DNA of 64,000 bases. It comes from Candidatus Eutrophomonas brisbanensis. Its GTDB lineage: Bacteria; Pseudomonadota; Gammaproteobacteria; Burkholderiales; Eutrophovitaceae. Below, piece after piece: positions 10,385-22,722 of the stretch (positions are counted from its first letter, which is position 1; the number at the start of each line of letters is the position of its first letter). Both the position numbers and the translations under genes were made by a program. Under the pieces are notes generated by a model. That model searched no databases and was not told the origin of the DNA. It saw only the letters and a list, made by a program, of their open reading frames with translations. The DNA lies in assembly GCA_038141705.1 (NCBI GenBank), contig JAYQIQ010000004.1, positions 423,179 through 487,178 of the forward strand. Direction: 5' to 3'.

Positions 10385-13300
10385 TTAGGCTGCCTCGCGA
10401 TAGAGATCAGGTGATCGAAGCGCAGTTAGTAATTTATCTAGCTTTTTCTTGACGGCAACGACATTATCTTCCTTGACGTGACCAAAGCCTCTTATCTCCT
10501 CAGGGAATGCCATGATTTCCTTAACAAGCGAAATATTGTCGATATGCCACTCGCTCTTTACTTCAGCGAAAATCTCCTCATACTCTGTAATGAGATTTCG
10601 TTCCATTTTGCGCTCGGCAGTCCACCCAAATAAATCCAGCGGACTTCCTCTTAGGAACTTTAATTTCGCAATTAGCTTAAACAAATATCTCACCCATCCT
10701 CCATACTCAGATTTAATGAGATGTCCTGTTTCTTTATCACGCTTTGAAAACAAAGGCGGCGCAAGGTGATAACGAACGCTATATTTTCCTTCAAACATTG
10801 CATCAATCTTCTTCGAAAACTCCGCTCGGGAATGTAATCGAGCAACCTCATACTCATCTTTGTAGGCAAGTAATTTAAAGTAATTACGAGCAACGATTTC
10901 TGCTAATCCTTTTACTAGGGGTCTCGATCGCTCGATCTCCACGGCTTTAGCAATAAAGCTAGTATATTTTTGTGCGTAGCGCTGATTTTGATACTCAGTT
11001 AAAAACCTTGCTCTTATAGCGACAATTTCATCTAAGCTTTCTGCAGGAGTATCGCGATCTGGATGCTTTTCATCCAGCTTTACCAAGCGCTCAACCGCCT
11101 TCATGTCAACACTTGCTCTCCTACCCCACATGAATGCTTCTTGATTCATTTTAACCGATGCTCCATTGAGCTCGATTGCCTTGTTGATAGCCTCATGGCC
11201 AATTGGAAGCAGACCCTCTTGGTAAGAGAACCCAAGCATGAACATATTTGATGCAATTGAATTACCCATTAATTGGGTAGCTATCTCGGTTGCGCTGATG
11301 TAGCGCACGCTATCTTCCCCAACTCTTGATTCGATATTTTTTTTGAGATCGTGGCGGGGGAACTGAAAATTTTTGTTCCTCGTAAACCCTCCAGTCATCT
11401 GCTCATGCAAATTCACCACCACCCTAGTCTTTCCCTTCAATCCGAGCTCAAGCGTCTTCTCACTTGCCGTGGTCACAAAGTCACACCCAATAATCAAAGA
11501 CGCACCGCCAGCCCCAAGCCGCGACGACTGAATTTGCCCCTGCTCTTTGGATATTTGCAAATGGCTCCAGACGGCACCACCTTTTTGAGCCAACCCTGCC
11601 ATATCCATCGCCGCAAAAGATTTTCCTTCTAAGTGCGCGGCCATCCCGACTATCGCTCCAATCGTCACAACGCCAGTTCCTCCAATGCCGTTTACGAGGA
11701 TGCCATAAGGGCTCTCAAGATCTGGCAATCGCGGATCAGGGACTGCAGAAAAAACGGTATCAGACGTCGTCTGATCTGATTGTCCCTTGCGCAGTTGCCC
11801 GCCATGTACGGTCACAAAACTTGGGCAGAAGCCTTTGACACAGGAAAAATCTTTATTGCAAGCAGATTGATCAATTTCCCTTTTACGCCCGAACTCTGTC
11901 TCTTTGGGGATGACAGAGACACAATTGGATTGGACTCCACAGTCCCCACAACCCTCACACACCAATTCGTTTATCAGTGCTCGCTTTGCAGGATCTGGGA
12001 ATTCACCGCGCTTTCTTCTACGTCTCTTCTCAGAGCCGCAGGTTTGATCATAGACAATAACGGAAACACCCTTAACGCTTCTGATGTTCTTTTGTACACG
12101 GTCGTAATCATCCCTATGGAAAACCTCCACACCCTCAGAAAAACCAGCATCTGGTCCGTACTTCCATGGCTCATCGGTCACAACTACAACTTTCTGAGCC
12201 CCTTCGGCTGAGACCTGTCGCGTGATCTGAGGAACCGTCAAGTTACCGTCAACATGCTGTCCCCCGGTCATTGCAACCGCATCATTGAACAGGATCTTAT
12301 ATGTCATATTAGCCCCGGATGCGACTGCAGCGCGAAGGGCCAATAATCCCGAATGAAAATACGTACCATCTCCAATGTTTTGGAAAACGTGGTCTGTCTC
12401 TACGAAATGATGCTCTCCAATCCAACTTCCACCTTCTCCCCCATCTGCGTGTAACCAGCCGTATTTCGATCCATCCATTGGGCCATGAAATGACACCCTA
12501 TCCCAGATAAAGCGATCGACCCCTCCGGGACCTTCGTTCCCGTGTTGTGAGGGCAGCCAGAGCAAAAGTACGGTGTTCGCTCCATTGCGGGCGCACTGAT
12601 CGGAAGCTCATGTATTCTTCGCCTTTCCTCAACAGCCTCACGCAGCGCCTCGTCATCCGTTAGAGGTAAAAGTCGATTTCCAATTTCGAGTGCAATCTCG
12701 CTCGGACTGAGCGCAGCATTCGAACGAAACAATATCTCTCCACTTTCATCGCGCTTCCCAATAACTCTCGGCGCACCCACTGTTCCATAAAGAATCTCTT
12801 TGACTTGAGACTCTACCAAACCTCTTTTCTCCTCCACGACGATGAGCAAATCCAAACCCTGAGCAAAACGCTGAATGCCGGTCGGCTCAAGAGGCCAAGT
12901 CATTCCAACTTTGTAGATTGTTAGGCCAATCTTCTTCGCTCGCTCCTCGCTCAAGCGCAAGTAATGCATCGCTTGCTGGACATCTAAATACGATTTTCCA
13001 CAACTAATAATTCCGATGCGAGGATTTTCCGCTTCGAGCACAACCTTATCGATAGCGTTTTCTCGCGCGAACGCCTGCACGGCCGCGATCTTGTGTTTAT
13101 GTAAACGCTCCTCCTGATCAAGCGGAGCATCTGGAAACCGGAAGTTCAATCCTCCCTCAGGCAAGGCGAAATCCCCAGGTATATTTGTTTGCACCCTGTC
13201 CTCACCAACATCTACGGTAGCGCTCGCATCAATCGTATCCTTCATGCATTTCAAACCTACCCACGTTCCAGAAAAGCGAGACAAGTCCCAACCAATTAAA

Positions 13301-13848
13301 CCGTAGTCAAGGAGCTCCTGCACTCCTGCTGGATTTAATATTGGGATCATTGCATCGACTAACGCGTATTCACTTTGATGAGCAGTCGTAGAAGATTCAC
13401 AAGTGTGATCATCACCCATTAACACAAGGACACCACCATTCGGGTGAGTACCAGCTAGATTTGCATGTCTAAATACGTCACCAGTTCGATCGACGCCTGG
13501 CCCTTTTCCATACCAGATACCGAACACACCATCGTACTTAGGTTTCCCATGCATACCAACCTGCTGTGTTCCCCAGAGGGCTGTGGCAGCAATATCCTCA
13601 TTGACCCCCGGCTGGAAAACAATGTGATTTTTCGCTAGGTGTTTTTTTGCGATCCACAACTGTTGATCGAACTGACCGAGTGGACTACCTCGATAACCAG
13701 ATATATATCCGGCAGTTTTGATTCCCTTCCTAGCATCCCTGAGATGCTGCATAATCGGTAGGCGGACGAGCGCTTGAGTTCCATTGAGGAATATTCTTCC
13801 ATTCTCGACGGTGTACTTATCCCCGAGCTCGACGTCTCTAAGCTTCAT
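10385..13848 (-). CDS. Single-chain indolepyruvate:ferredoxin oxidoreductase-family protein; -1 frameshift at 12438-12442
   Basis: GYRGSPLG, YGKGPGVDR, FCSGCPHN, GIGCH; restored QMGGEG..IGDGTYFHSG; CEGCGDC, CVKGFCPSF, GLAQKGG, YKDEYEVARL, RGFGHVK. Confidence 0.9.
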
Positions 13849-14022
13849 CCCTACCCCCAAAAAATCCAGTTACTACGAAACAACAACATTTTGTCGCGCG
13901 AACTAGAATATTAACACCAGTGACTGACAGACATAACCCTAAGATCCTCACCGAACCGAGACGATCAAACAATAGGGCTATAATCTGACAGGTATTAGAA
14001 AATTGTCGAAAACCATACCAGC

Positions 14023-14277
14023 ATGACGCAAACATCAGAAACCCCGATTAATGTCTCCCTAGACGTCAAGGGACTTAACTGCCCTCTCCCGATCTTGAAG
14101 ACAAAGAAATCCCTCAACGATATGCACGTAGGGGAAGTTTTAGAAATTTTTGCTACTGACCCAGGATCTGTGCCCGACTTTAACGCATTTTGCCGTCAAA
14201 CCGGCCATGAACTTTTACTGTGCGACGAAGGTTCCGAGGTCTTCCGATTTTTAATCAGGAAAAACGCTAAATCATAA
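14023..14277 (+). CDS. TusA/SirA-family sulfurtransferase
   Basis: LDVKGLNCPLP motif, ATDPGS, FCRQTGHEL. Confidence 0.9.
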   Translation: MTQTSETPINVSLDVKGLNCPLPILKTKKSLNDMHVGEVLEIFATDPGSVPDFNAFCRQTGHELLLCDEGSEVFRFLIRKNAKS

Positions 14278-14986
14278 ACAGGGCTAACGCGGCCATAACG
14301 GCCATCCCAGCATCCTCAATAATCGTTACCGTAGACATGGGCAGCTGAAACACAGTCCCCAAGCATGCGCAACGAATTATCTGCTTTGATAGGACGGCCC
14401 GAAGCACACCAATTGCCGAGAATGCCATCACAATCAATGTGACGGAATTAACCAGAAGAGGAAATACATTCACCAGGTATGCGATACCTAAAGCCAATTC
14501 AATAAACGGGTAAATTAAACCACACACTCTCGTTCTGCGAGCTAACAAATCATAACTAGAATACGCGTCTGCAAAACTGCGAACATCTAATAACTTAAAG
14601 AACGAAAAAACTAAAAAAAATCCAGCCATAAAATATCTCATTGTCTCGCTGCTGGAGATCTCTCCACTCGGGAGTTGTACGAGCAAACTCGAACCCAAAA
14701 TGAATGAAACAATCAGTAAAAGCGGACGATAAGTTTGGAACCAATCACGAACCGAAAAACGGCTTTCCATTTCCGATAAGCCTCGTTGCAAGCGATATCG
14801 AGTATTTTGAAGAGCTGCCTGCAGCTCTTCTAGAGAGGTCACACCGGCCGGAACGGTGACCTCTGGCGGATCGAGAGTAACCTCCGCGGAAGCAACGATT
14901 CCTTCTAGCTTGGCCTTTACAGAGGCAACACACCCTCCACAGGTCATGCCGTGAATAACAAACCTGTCCCTACCAACACTCGACAT
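14267..14986 (-). CDS. Heavy-metal-associated (HMA) domain fused to a MauE/DoxX-like membrane domain
   Basis: GMTCGGC metal-binding motif; membrane region with FKLLD..F...YDLLA..YPFIEL and CACLG..TIIED. Confidence 0.8.
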   Translation of the reverse strand: MSSVGRDRFVIHGMTCGGCVASVKAKLEGIVASAEVTLDPPEVTVPAGVTSLEELQAALQNTRYRLQRGLSEMESRFSVRDWFQTYRPLLLIVSFILGSSLLVQLPSGEISSSETMRYFMAGFFLVFSFFKLLDVRSFADAYSSYDLLARRTRVCGLIYPFIELALGIAYLVNVFPLLVNSVTLIVMAFSAIGVLRAVLSKQIIRCACLGTVFQLPMSTVTIIEDAGMAVMAALALFMI

Positions 14987-15010
14987 TAGACCGACACCCG
15001 CAACCTGCGT

Positions 15011-15445
15011 TTAGAAGGGTATATCATCCTCAAGATCGTCTATACCCCCGCTAAAACTCTCAGCAGAATTATCTCCGGAGTTACCTCCACCACCAGAGCC
15101 ACCAGAAGAGCCAGATCGGCCGCCTAGCATTTGCATACGATCTGCCACAATCTCGGTTGTATATTTTTCTTGTCCTTCCTTGTCGGTCCACTTTCTCGTT
15201 TGTAATCTGCCTTCGATGTATGCTTGTGAACCTTTTTTCAAGTACTCACCGGCAATTTCAGCAAGTCTCCCAAACATGACTACGCGGTGCCATTCGGTTT
15301 TTTCTTGGCGATCCCCATTTTTGTCTTTCCAGTTTTCAGCAGTCGCGATACTGAGATTGACCATGGCATCTCCGCTGGGCATATACCTAACCTCAGGATC
15401 CCTTCCTAGGTTACCAACCAATATCACTTTATTAACAGAGGCCAC
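15011..15445 (-). CDS. ssb: Single-stranded DNA-binding protein
   Basis: [24 protein letters not shown], Gly/Ser linker, DDIPF tail. Confidence 0.98.
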   Translation of the reverse strand: MASVNKVILVGNLGRDPEVRYMPSGDAMVNLSIATAENWKDKNGDRQEKTEWHRVVMFGRLAEIAGEYLKKGSQAYIEGRLQTRKWTDKEGQEKYTTEIVADRMQMLGGRSGSSGGSGGGGNSGDNSAESFSGGIDDLEDDIPF

Positions 15446-15544
15446 GATCTTCTCCTAAATATAAAATTAAACCAGATTAATGTTAGCTTGACTGGCAAAA
15501 TTAGTCGCTACAAACACAACTATAGCCTATCGGTGCGTATTCTC

Positions 15545-16741
15545 CTAAGACGCCTCGTCTCCGGGAAATTCCCTCCTCGGAAATACCGATCCCACAGCAA
15601 TAACAATCCAAATGCCTGCCCAAAGTCCACAGAATAAAAATACTCCCTTGTTTCCGAACGCGTCCAAGATCAACCCGCCAGTTGCGCCACCTAGAAAAGT
15701 TCCTATGTATTGACTGGAACTGTAAACACCGAGCGCAGTCCCTTTCGATCTAGCGTCAGCGATTTTCGATACAAGCGACGGGAGTGTCGCTTCGAGCAGA
15801 TTAAAGCCAGCGAAAAAAAGCACTAAGCAAATGCCGAAAGCCCAAAGATCTGTTCGAAATATATATAGTGCGAGACAAGCGAGGGCTATCGAGCAAATGG
15901 ATATCAAAAAAGCCTCTTTAGATTTCCCTTTCCTCTCTGATAAGAGCATCAGCGGGAACATAACCAAAACACTCGTAAGCATCACAAAAAAATAAACCGC
16001 CCAAGTATTGTGCTCATCAATTAGTAACCTTAACTGAAAAGGAACCACAACAAACGTGGCCATCAGTATTCCGTGCAAAGAGAAAATTCCAAAATTCAGT
16101 CGATTTAATTGTGAGTTTTTTAAAACGTTCGAAAGCGCCCCGCGGCTCAAGGGGCCCGCTGCAATCTGTTCAGGTGGATCAGGCACATACATCCTTATGA
16201 CGAACCCCGCAAAAACCGTCAGAACCGCCGTAAGAATGAATATGCCCCGAACTCCAATTAAGGCCCCAAGAAGTGGTCCGAGAACGATCGAAACCATGAA
16301 GGTGATACCTATTGCAATACCAATGATTGCCATGGACTTCGTGCGTACCACATCTCTGGTTAAGTCAGCATTAAGCGCTATAACTACAGAGGAGATTGCC
16401 CCCGCCCCTTGTACGGCCCTACCAAGACAAAGCACAAGCGCATTAGATGCCAACGCCGCGATCACACTACCTACAGCAAAAATAATCAATCCGACGTAAA
16501 TAGTATTTTTCCTTCCCCAGGAATCTGACAACCTGCCAAAGGGAACTTGAAAAATCGCTTGGGTAAGCCCGTAGATCCCAATCGCAAAACCGACAGATAA
16601 GCCCTCCACCTGATCAAAGGAACCGACATAGAGGGATAGCACGGGGAGCACGACAAACATACCAAACATTCGCAAACTGAAGACGCCAGCAAGGGAAATA
16701 CTAGTGATGCGCTCTTGCGGAGTAAAAGCAGTGCTCTTCAT
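15545..16741 (-). CDS. MFS transporter (YajR-like)
   Basis: LRMFGMFVVLPVL, GRLSDSWGRK motif A, FNLLEATLPSLVSK, GVYSSSQ. Occupies the typical ssb-MFS-uvrA position. Confidence 0.88.
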   Translation of the reverse strand: MKSTAFTPQERITSISLAGVFSLRMFGMFVVLPVLSLYVGSFDQVEGLSVGFAIGIYGLTQAIFQVPFGRLSDSWGRKNTIYVGLIIFAVGSVIAALASNALVLCLGRAVQGAGAISSVVIALNADLTRDVVRTKSMAIIGIAIGITFMVSIVLGPLLGALIGVRGIFILTAVLTVFAGFVIRMYVPDPPEQIAAGPLSRGALSNVLKNSQLNRLNFGIFSLHGILMATFVVVPFQLRLLIDEHNTWAVYFFVMLTSVLVMFPLMLLSERKGKSKEAFLISICSIALACLALYIFRTDLWAFGICLVLFFAGFNLLEATLPSLVSKIADARSKGTALGVYSSSQYIGTFLGGATGGLILDAFGNKGVFLFCGLWAGIWIVIAVGSVFPRREFPGDEAS

Positions 16742-16824
16742 ATGGAGATTTGCGGGTTACAAGGGGTTCAGCAAATAACAAGTGAGGTATAGTACCAGGT
16801 TACCCATAAAATTCTGAGTTACTT

Positions 16825-19704
16825 ATGGACACGAAGCAAAGCGAACCCAAGATTGAGAACGACGTAATCAGCATTAGAGGCGCTCGCACGCATAATTTAA
16901 AGAATATTGACCTTGATATCCCAAAAGGGAAGTTCATCGTCATCACTGGATTATCGGGTTCTGGGAAATCCTCACTCGCGTTCGACACGATATTCGCAGA
17001 GGGACAAAGACGCTATGTGGAATCACTTTCTACCTATGCACGTCAATTCTTGGAAGTTCTTGAAAAACCAGATGTCGATTTAATTGAAGGGTTATCCCCA
17101 TCAATCGCAATTGATCAAAAAACACGAAATCAAAACCCAAGATCAACAGTAGGAACCACGACGGAGATACATGATTACCTGAGGTTACTCTACTCAAGAA
17201 CAGGTGAAGTGCGGTGCCCAGAGCATAAAACTCCTCTCAAAGCCTTTTCAGTAGGAAATATGGCTGATGAAATTATTGACTCTTATACTGACCAACGAAT
17301 AGCAGTCCTCGCCCCTATCAGGCTTGCTCATAAGAAAAAGTTAGGCGAAAAGATCGATCATCTAAAGAGTCGCGGATTTTTTAGGATGCGCTGCGACGGA
17401 AAGTATGTCGATCTTGACGACGATCTCACAAACCTTGGGAGCAACATCCAAAAGTTAGACATAGTAATTGATAGACTAAAAGCATCATCTAGCTCTCGAC
17501 AAAGGATGTGTGAATCAATTGAAACGGCATTGCTTCAAGCGAACAACCAAGTGACATTCGCATCATCAGAGAACGAAACTGAAGTTACCCTCTCGTCCAT
17601 ATTTTCCTGCTCTCAGTGCGATTACGCGATAGACGACGTAGAGCCAAGGATGTTTTCTTTTAACAACCCTATGGGAGCATGCGAGACTTGTAACGGTCTT
17701 GGGAAGTTGGACCTGTTTGATAAAGAAAAAATCATACTACATCCAGAATTATCTCTTGCCGCAGGAGCAATACCGGGATGGGATAGAAAGAATAGCTTCT
17801 TCTATCAGGTGCTCCAAGACTTGGCAAAACACTATCAGTTCGAATTAGAGAAACCCTTCGAAGAACTAAATACCCGAATACAAGAAATTATTCTTCACGG
17901 CTCTGGATCAGAAAAAATTAATTTCAATTACGCTAGCAGAGGCGGGGCGACAATAAAAAAAATACATAGCTTCGAGGGGGTTGTCCCCAACTTCCAGCGC
18001 CGATACAGCCAGACCAAGGAGCAAATTGTCAAAGAGGAATTAAAAAAATACATCAGTCTGAAGCAATGTCCATCCTGTGCGGGCACTCGACTCAAAGCTG
18101 AGGCGTTGAACATCTTTGTGGGAGATCGAAACATAGCGCATGTTTGCGATTTAACTTTAGAGGACTGTTTAGACTTCTTCAAACATTTAAAACCGATCTC
18201 GCAATACCAAATAGTTTCGGATAGAGTCACTCGAGAAATTATAAAAAGACTTAGTTTTCTAGTAGAGGTTGGGTTGGGTTACCTAACACTCTCTCGATCT
18301 TCAGAAACTCTTTCAGGCGGGGAGAGCCAGCGCATTAGGCTTGCATCACAGATTGGCTCAGGACTCACCGGAGTAACCTACGTTTTAGATGAGCCCTCTA
18401 TCGGACTTCACCAAAGAGATAACCGAAAACTTCTCGATTCACTTCGACAATTACAAAAACTCAAAAATACTGTGATCGTAGTAGAGCACGATGAGGAAAC
18501 GATATCCGAAGCAGACTACATCATAGATATGGGGCCGGGGGCAGGAGAACAAGGCGGAGAAATTATTGCCCAAGGATCAGTCGAGGATATTACCAACAGC
18601 TCGGCCTCGATCACCGGAAAATTTTTGAACGGGCAAGCAGCAATACCGACCCATAAGCAGTTAGAAGTGGGGCCCTTAACAAAATTCATGAGCCTTGTGG
18701 GCGCTCGAGGGAATAACTTAAAAAATGTCGACATAAAAATCCCTCTTGGATTAATGGTTGCTATCACAGGAGTATCTGGATCAGGAAAATCAACGCTAAT
18801 TAATCGAACATTAGCGCCTGCTATCACTCAAGATTTGAGAGGGGTCAAACAGCTAGCGGAACCCTTCGACAATTTAGAAATACCAGATGGCATCAAGTAT
18901 TTGGTGACAATCGATCAGAGCCCGATTGGGAAAACACCACGCTCTAATCCAGCTACATACACGGGGGTATTCTCCGCGATACGAGACCTATTCTCCTCAA
19001 CACGATTGTCCAAAGAACGAGGCTATACGCCCGGGAGATTTTCTTTCAATGTCAAAGGCGGGCGTTGTGAAGCCTGTCAGGGAGATGGCAGCATAAAAAT
19101 CGAGCTGCATTTTCTTCCCGACGTTTATGTGACCTGCGAGACTTGCAAAGGGAGTCGCTACAACCAAGAGACGCTGGAGATAACCTACCACGGAAAGAAC
19201 ATTTCAGAAGTACTGGATCTCACCGTAACTGGTGCTGCAGAGTTCTTTAAGTCAATCCCCTCGATCAAAAAGAAGTTGGATATTCTTGAAGAGGTGGGAC
19301 TAGGTTACATTAAACTAGGACAAAGTGCGATAACGCTGTCGGGAGGAGAAGCGCAAAGAGTGAAGCTTTCCGCGGAGCTTTCAAAACGGGGGGGCGGAGA
19401 AACCGTTTATATTTTAGATGAACCAACGACTGGCCTTCATTTCCATGATGTCTCATGGTTGATAAAAGTTTTAGTCAAACTGAGAGATCGGGGAAATTCG
19501 ATAATAGTCATTGAACATAACCTGGATCTAATTTCCAGATCTGACTGGATTATTGATATGGGCCCAGAGGGAGGCCTTGGTGGTGGCTCGGTTGTTGAAC
19601 AAGGAACCCCCTCCCAACTAATTGAGAGAGGGTCAGGTCACACTGCTCAGGCACTAAAGACAGCACAAAGCTATCGACCAACTGGACAGAAAAAAACCGG
19701 CTAG
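16825..19704 (+). CDS. uvrA: Excinuclease ABC subunit A
   Basis: GARTHNLKNI, two GxSGSGKS Walker A motifs, LSGGESQR and LSGGEAQR, Zn-finger CxxC motifs, YILDEPT. Confidence 0.98.
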   Translation: MDTKQSEPKIENDVISIRGARTHNLKNIDLDIPKGKFIVITGLSGSGKSSLAFDTIFAEGQRRYVESLSTYARQFLEVLEKPDVDLIEGLSPSIAIDQKTRNQNPRSTVGTTTEIHDYLRLLYSRTGEVRCPEHKTPLKAFSVGNMADEIIDSYTDQRIAVLAPIRLAHKKKLGEKIDHLKSRGFFRMRCDGKYVDLDDDLTNLGSNIQKLDIVIDRLKASSSSRQRMCESIETALLQANNQVTFASSENETEVTLSSIFSCSQCDYAIDDVEPRMFSFNNPMGACETCNGLGKLDLFDKEKIILHPELSLAAGAIPGWDRKNSFFYQVLQDLAKHYQFELEKPFEELNTRIQEIILHGSGSEKINFNYASRGGATIKKIHSFEGVVPNFQRRYSQTKEQIVKEELKKYISLKQCPSCAGTRLKAEALNIFVGDRNIAHVCDLTLEDCLDFFKHLKPISQYQIVSDRVTREIIKRLSFLVEVGLGYLTLSRSSETLSGGESQRIRLASQIGSGLTGVTYVLDEPSIGLHQRDNRKLLDSLRQLQKLKNTVIVVEHDEETISEADYIIDMGPGAGEQGGEIIAQGSVEDITNSSASITGKFLNGQAAIPTHKQLEVGPLTKFMSLVGARGNNLKNVDIKIPLGLMVAITGVSGSGKSTLINRTLAPAITQDLRGVKQLAEPFDNLEIPDGIKYLVTIDQSPIGKTPRSNPATYTGVFSAIRDLFSSTRLSKERGYTPGRFSFNVKGGRCEACQGDGSIKIELHFLPDVYVTCETCKGSRYNQETLEITYHGKNISEVLDLTVTGAAEFFKSIPSIKKKLDILEEVGLGYIKLGQSAITLSGGEAQRVKLSAELSKRGGGETVYILDEPTTGLHFHDVSWLIKVLVKLRDRGNSIIVIEHNLDLISRSDWIIDMGPEGGLGGGSVVEQGTPSQLIERGSGHTAQALKTAQSYRPTGQKKTG

Positions 19705-19717
19705 AAGCCGGTTTTTT
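19691..19717. terminator. Bidirectional intrinsic terminator between convergent uvrA and rplQ
   Basis: AAAAAACCGGCT-AGA-AGCCGGTTTTTT perfect inverted repeat with A/T tracts on both sides. Confidence 0.85.
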
Positions 19718-19739
19718 AAAATGGTCTATCGAAAATCTA

Positions 19740-20138
19740 CTATTCAGAATCATCCTTGGTTTCAGCGACCGGGGCAGGCTCAGGCCGATCCATAAGCTCA
19801 ATATAAGCCATAGGAGCATTATCCCCTTGCCGAAAACCATTCTTTAATATTCGTAAGTAACCGCCGTTTCTGGAAGCGTAGCGTGGCCCTAATTCATCAA
19901 AAAGCTTAACGACCATCTCGCGGTCGCGAAGCCTAGAAAAAGCTAAGCGGCGGTTAGCAACACTGGCTTTTTTTCCAAGCGTAATGATCCTTTCAGCAAC
20001 ACGTCTCAATTCCTTCGCCTTAGGTAATGTCGTTTTAATTACCTCATGGCGAAGTAAAGAATTTGTCATATTACGTAACATAGCCTCCCTATGAGAGCTA
20101 GTACGGTTAAGCTTTCTAAGTCCAAGGCGATGACGCAT
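19740..20138 (-). CDS. rplQ: 50S ribosomal protein L17
   Basis: [32 protein letters not shown]. Confidence 0.98.
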   Translation of the reverse strand: MRHRLGLRKLNRTSSHREAMLRNMTNSLLRHEVIKTTLPKAKELRRVAERIITLGKKASVANRRLAFSRLRDREMVVKLFDELGPRYASRNGGYLRILKNGFRQGDNAPMAYIELMDRPEPAPVAETKDDSE

Positions 20139-20179
20139 TACAATTTCCTTTTTTCCTTACCTATACAAAGTCGAATATT

Positions 20180-21157
20180 TTAATTGGTTTCGGACAGAGA
20201 TGAATTCCAATTTTCCACCTTCATTCCAAGGCTCAAACCCCTCGAAGCTAGCACATCCTTAATTTCATTCAAGGATTTCCTGCCTAAATTAGGTGTTTTT
20301 AATAATTCACCTTCTGATCGTTGAATCAAATCGCCAATAAAATAAATACTCTCCGCTTTCAGACAATTGGCTGAGCGGACCGTAAGTTCGAGATCATCAA
20401 CTGGCCTGAGAAGCGCTGGATCTACTTGCGGCTTTTCCGGAGTAACTGTTTCTTCCTCCATACCCTGCAAGTCAGCAAAGCTTGCGAGTTGTTCCATTAA
20501 AACTCGAGCTGCGAATCTTATAGCCTCCTCTGGCTCTACAACTCCATTGGTCTCAATGTCCACAATCAACTTGTCCAAATCGGTTCTCTGCTCGACTCGA
20601 GCGCTCTCGACGGCGTAACTGACCTTTTTCACAGGACTAAAAGATGAATCAAGCATAAGACTTCCAATAGTTCTACCATCATCACCATCCAAATTTCTTG
20701 CGTTGGAGGGAACGTATCCTCGACCACCCTCTACTTTGATCTCCATGCTCAGCTTTCCACCTGGGGCGAGGTGAGCTATCACATGGTCTGGATTCAAGAT
20801 CTCTACATCATGGTTACTCTCGATGTCAGCCGCAGTAACAATTCCTTCACCCTCCTTCGATAGGGACAACGTGATTTGGTCACGGTTGTGTAACTTAAGA
20901 ACAAGCCCCTTGAGGTTGAGAAGTATATCCACCACATCTTCCTGCACTCCGTCTATGGAGGAATACTCGTGCAATACACCATCTATTTTGGCTTCAGTAG
21001 GAGCGAACCCTGGCATTGAAGAAAGCAATACTCTCCGTAATGCGTTTCCAAGCGTGTGCCCATAACCTCTCTCAAAAGGCTCCATGATCACTCTGGCTTG
21101 CCCTACACCGGTTGAGCGAACATCAATAATTTTTGGCTTTAAAAAGCTAGTTTGCAT
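20180..21157 (-). CDS. rpoA: RNA polymerase alpha subunit
   Basis: [44 protein letters not shown]. Confidence 0.99.
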   Translation of the reverse strand: MQTSFLKPKIIDVRSTGVGQARVIMEPFERGYGHTLGNALRRVLLSSMPGFAPTEAKIDGVLHEYSSIDGVQEDVVDILLNLKGLVLKLHNRDQITLSLSKEGEGIVTAADIESNHDVEILNPDHVIAHLAPGGKLSMEIKVEGGRGYVPSNARNLDGDDGRTIGSLMLDSSFSPVKKVSYAVESARVEQRTDLDKLIVDIETNGVVEPEEAIRFAARVLMEQLASFADLQGMEEETVTPEKPQVDPALLRPVDDLELTVRSANCLKAESIYFIGDLIQRSEGELLKTPNLGRKSLNEIKDVLASRGLSLGMKVENWNSSLSETN

Positions 21158-21240
21158 GCATTCGACCCTTTACAAAAGTTTCGAAAATAATTTCGACAAA
21201 ACAATAAACTCGACTCCCAACAGCAAGGGAAGCGATATTT

Positions 21241-21867
21241 TTACTTGGAGTAAAGCTCGACGACTAAAGATTCATTGATAGTCATCGGCAAATCAGTTCT
21301 TTGAGGAACAGTCTTGAAGGTTCCCTTGAGCCCCTTAACATCTACCTCTACCCATTCAGAAAAACCTTTGGATTCAGCTGCTTCAACTGATGATTTTATT
21401 CGTAACTGAGTCTTAGATTTTTCAGAAATCTCTACTACATCGCCAGCTTTTACCACGTACGATGGTATATTCACGCGCTTACCGTTGACGAGCACAGCGT
21501 TATGGCGTACCACCTGGCGCGCCTCTGTCCGGGAAGAACCAAATCCCATACGAAGCGCTACAGAATCTAACCGACTTTCAAGCGCCTGAAGCAACAGTTC
21601 TCCCGTGACACCTTTTCTGCGAGCGGCTTCTTTATAAGTTTTCCTAAACTGTCGCTCTAGAACCCCGTATATTCTTCTGATTTTCTGTTTCTCTCGGAGC
21701 TGACGACCGAAGTCTGATAGACGACCACCCTTTTGACCGTGTTGTCCAGGCGCATACGAGCGCCGTTCAATGGCACATTTGTCTGTATAACACTTCTCGC
21801 CTTTGAGGAACAATTTCTCCCCCTCGCGCCTGCATTGTCGGCATTTTGGATCTGTATTTCTAGCCAT
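21241..21867 (-). CDS. rpsD: 30S ribosomal protein S4
   Basis: [29 protein letters not shown]. Confidence 0.99.
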   Translation of the reverse strand: MARNTDPKCRQCRREGEKLFLKGEKCYTDKCAIERRSYAPGQHGQKGGRLSDFGRQLREKQKIRRIYGVLERQFRKTYKEAARRKGVTGELLLQALESRLDSVALRMGFGSSRTEARQVVRHNAVLVNGKRVNIPSYVVKAGDVVEISEKSKTQLRIKSSVEAAESKGFSEWVEVDVKGLKGTFKTVPQRTDLPMTINESLVVELYSK

Positions 21868-21880
21868 CTTTTATTTCTCC

Positions 21881-22270
21881 TTAAATGCGTCTTTTCTTTG
21901 GTGGGCGGCAGCCATTATGAGGTACAGGTGTAACGTCGGATATGCTTGTGATCTTAAAACCAACCGCATTGAGGGCTCGTACCGCCGATTCCCGACCAGG
22001 GCCAGGTCCTTTTATACGCACCTCCAGGTTTTTCACTCCACATTCCTGGGCTAGTTTTCCTGCTGCTTCAGCTGCAACTTGAGCAGCAAAAGGAGTACTT
22101 TTTCTAGACCCCTTGAATCCGTTAGCACCTGAGGTAGACCAAGATAAAGCGTTCCCCTGACGGTCCGTAATCATAATAATCGTATTATTAAAAGAAGCAT
22201 GAACGTGAGCGACACCCTCCACAACATTCTTCTTAACTTTTTTACGAGCACGAGTAGTGTTTTTAGCCAT
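21881..22270 (-). CDS. rpsK: 30S ribosomal protein S11
   Basis: [30 protein letters not shown]. Confidence 0.99.
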   Translation of the reverse strand: MAKNTTRARKKVKKNVVEGVAHVHASFNNTIIMITDRQGNALSWSTSGANGFKGSRKSTPFAAQVAAEAAGKLAQECGVKNLEVRIKGPGPGRESAVRALNAVGFKITSISDVTPVPHNGCRPPKKRRI

Positions 22271-22329
22271 CTGTACTTAATCCCAACGTGATTGGTTTCA
22301 ATTTAAAAACTTTCTGTGTAAAAACTAAT

Positions 22330-22686
22330 TTATTTCTTAATCGCCTTTTTCGCACCCTTACGTGTCCTGGCATTTGTTTTCGTGCGTTGACCTCTTACTG
22401 GAAGACCGCGACGATGCCTACCTCCTCGATAAGTGCCTAAATCCATTAATCGCTTGATATTCATGGAAACCTCTCTACGAAGGTCACCTTCTACCGCAAA
22501 AGTAGCGATTTGATCTCGAATCTTATCCATATCGGCTTCAGATAAATCCCTAACCTTCACGGTAGGTACGATCCCGGCCTTTTCACATATTTCATATGCT
22601 CTGGTACGACCAATACCAAAAATGTACGTGAGAGATATCCAGGTATGCTTTTGATCTGGAATATTAACGCCTGCTATTCGAGCCAT
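22330..22686 (-). CDS. rpsM: 30S ribosomal protein S13
   Basis: [35 protein letters not shown]. Confidence 0.99.
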   Translation of the reverse strand: MARIAGVNIPDQKHTWISLTYIFGIGRTRAYEICEKAGIVPTVKVRDLSEADMDKIRDQIATFAVEGDLRREVSMNIKRLMDLGTYRGGRHRRGLPVRGQRTKTNARTRKGAKKAIKK

Positions 22687-22722
22687 ACTTTAATTCTCTT
22701 TGAAATTATTTTGGATTAAAAG

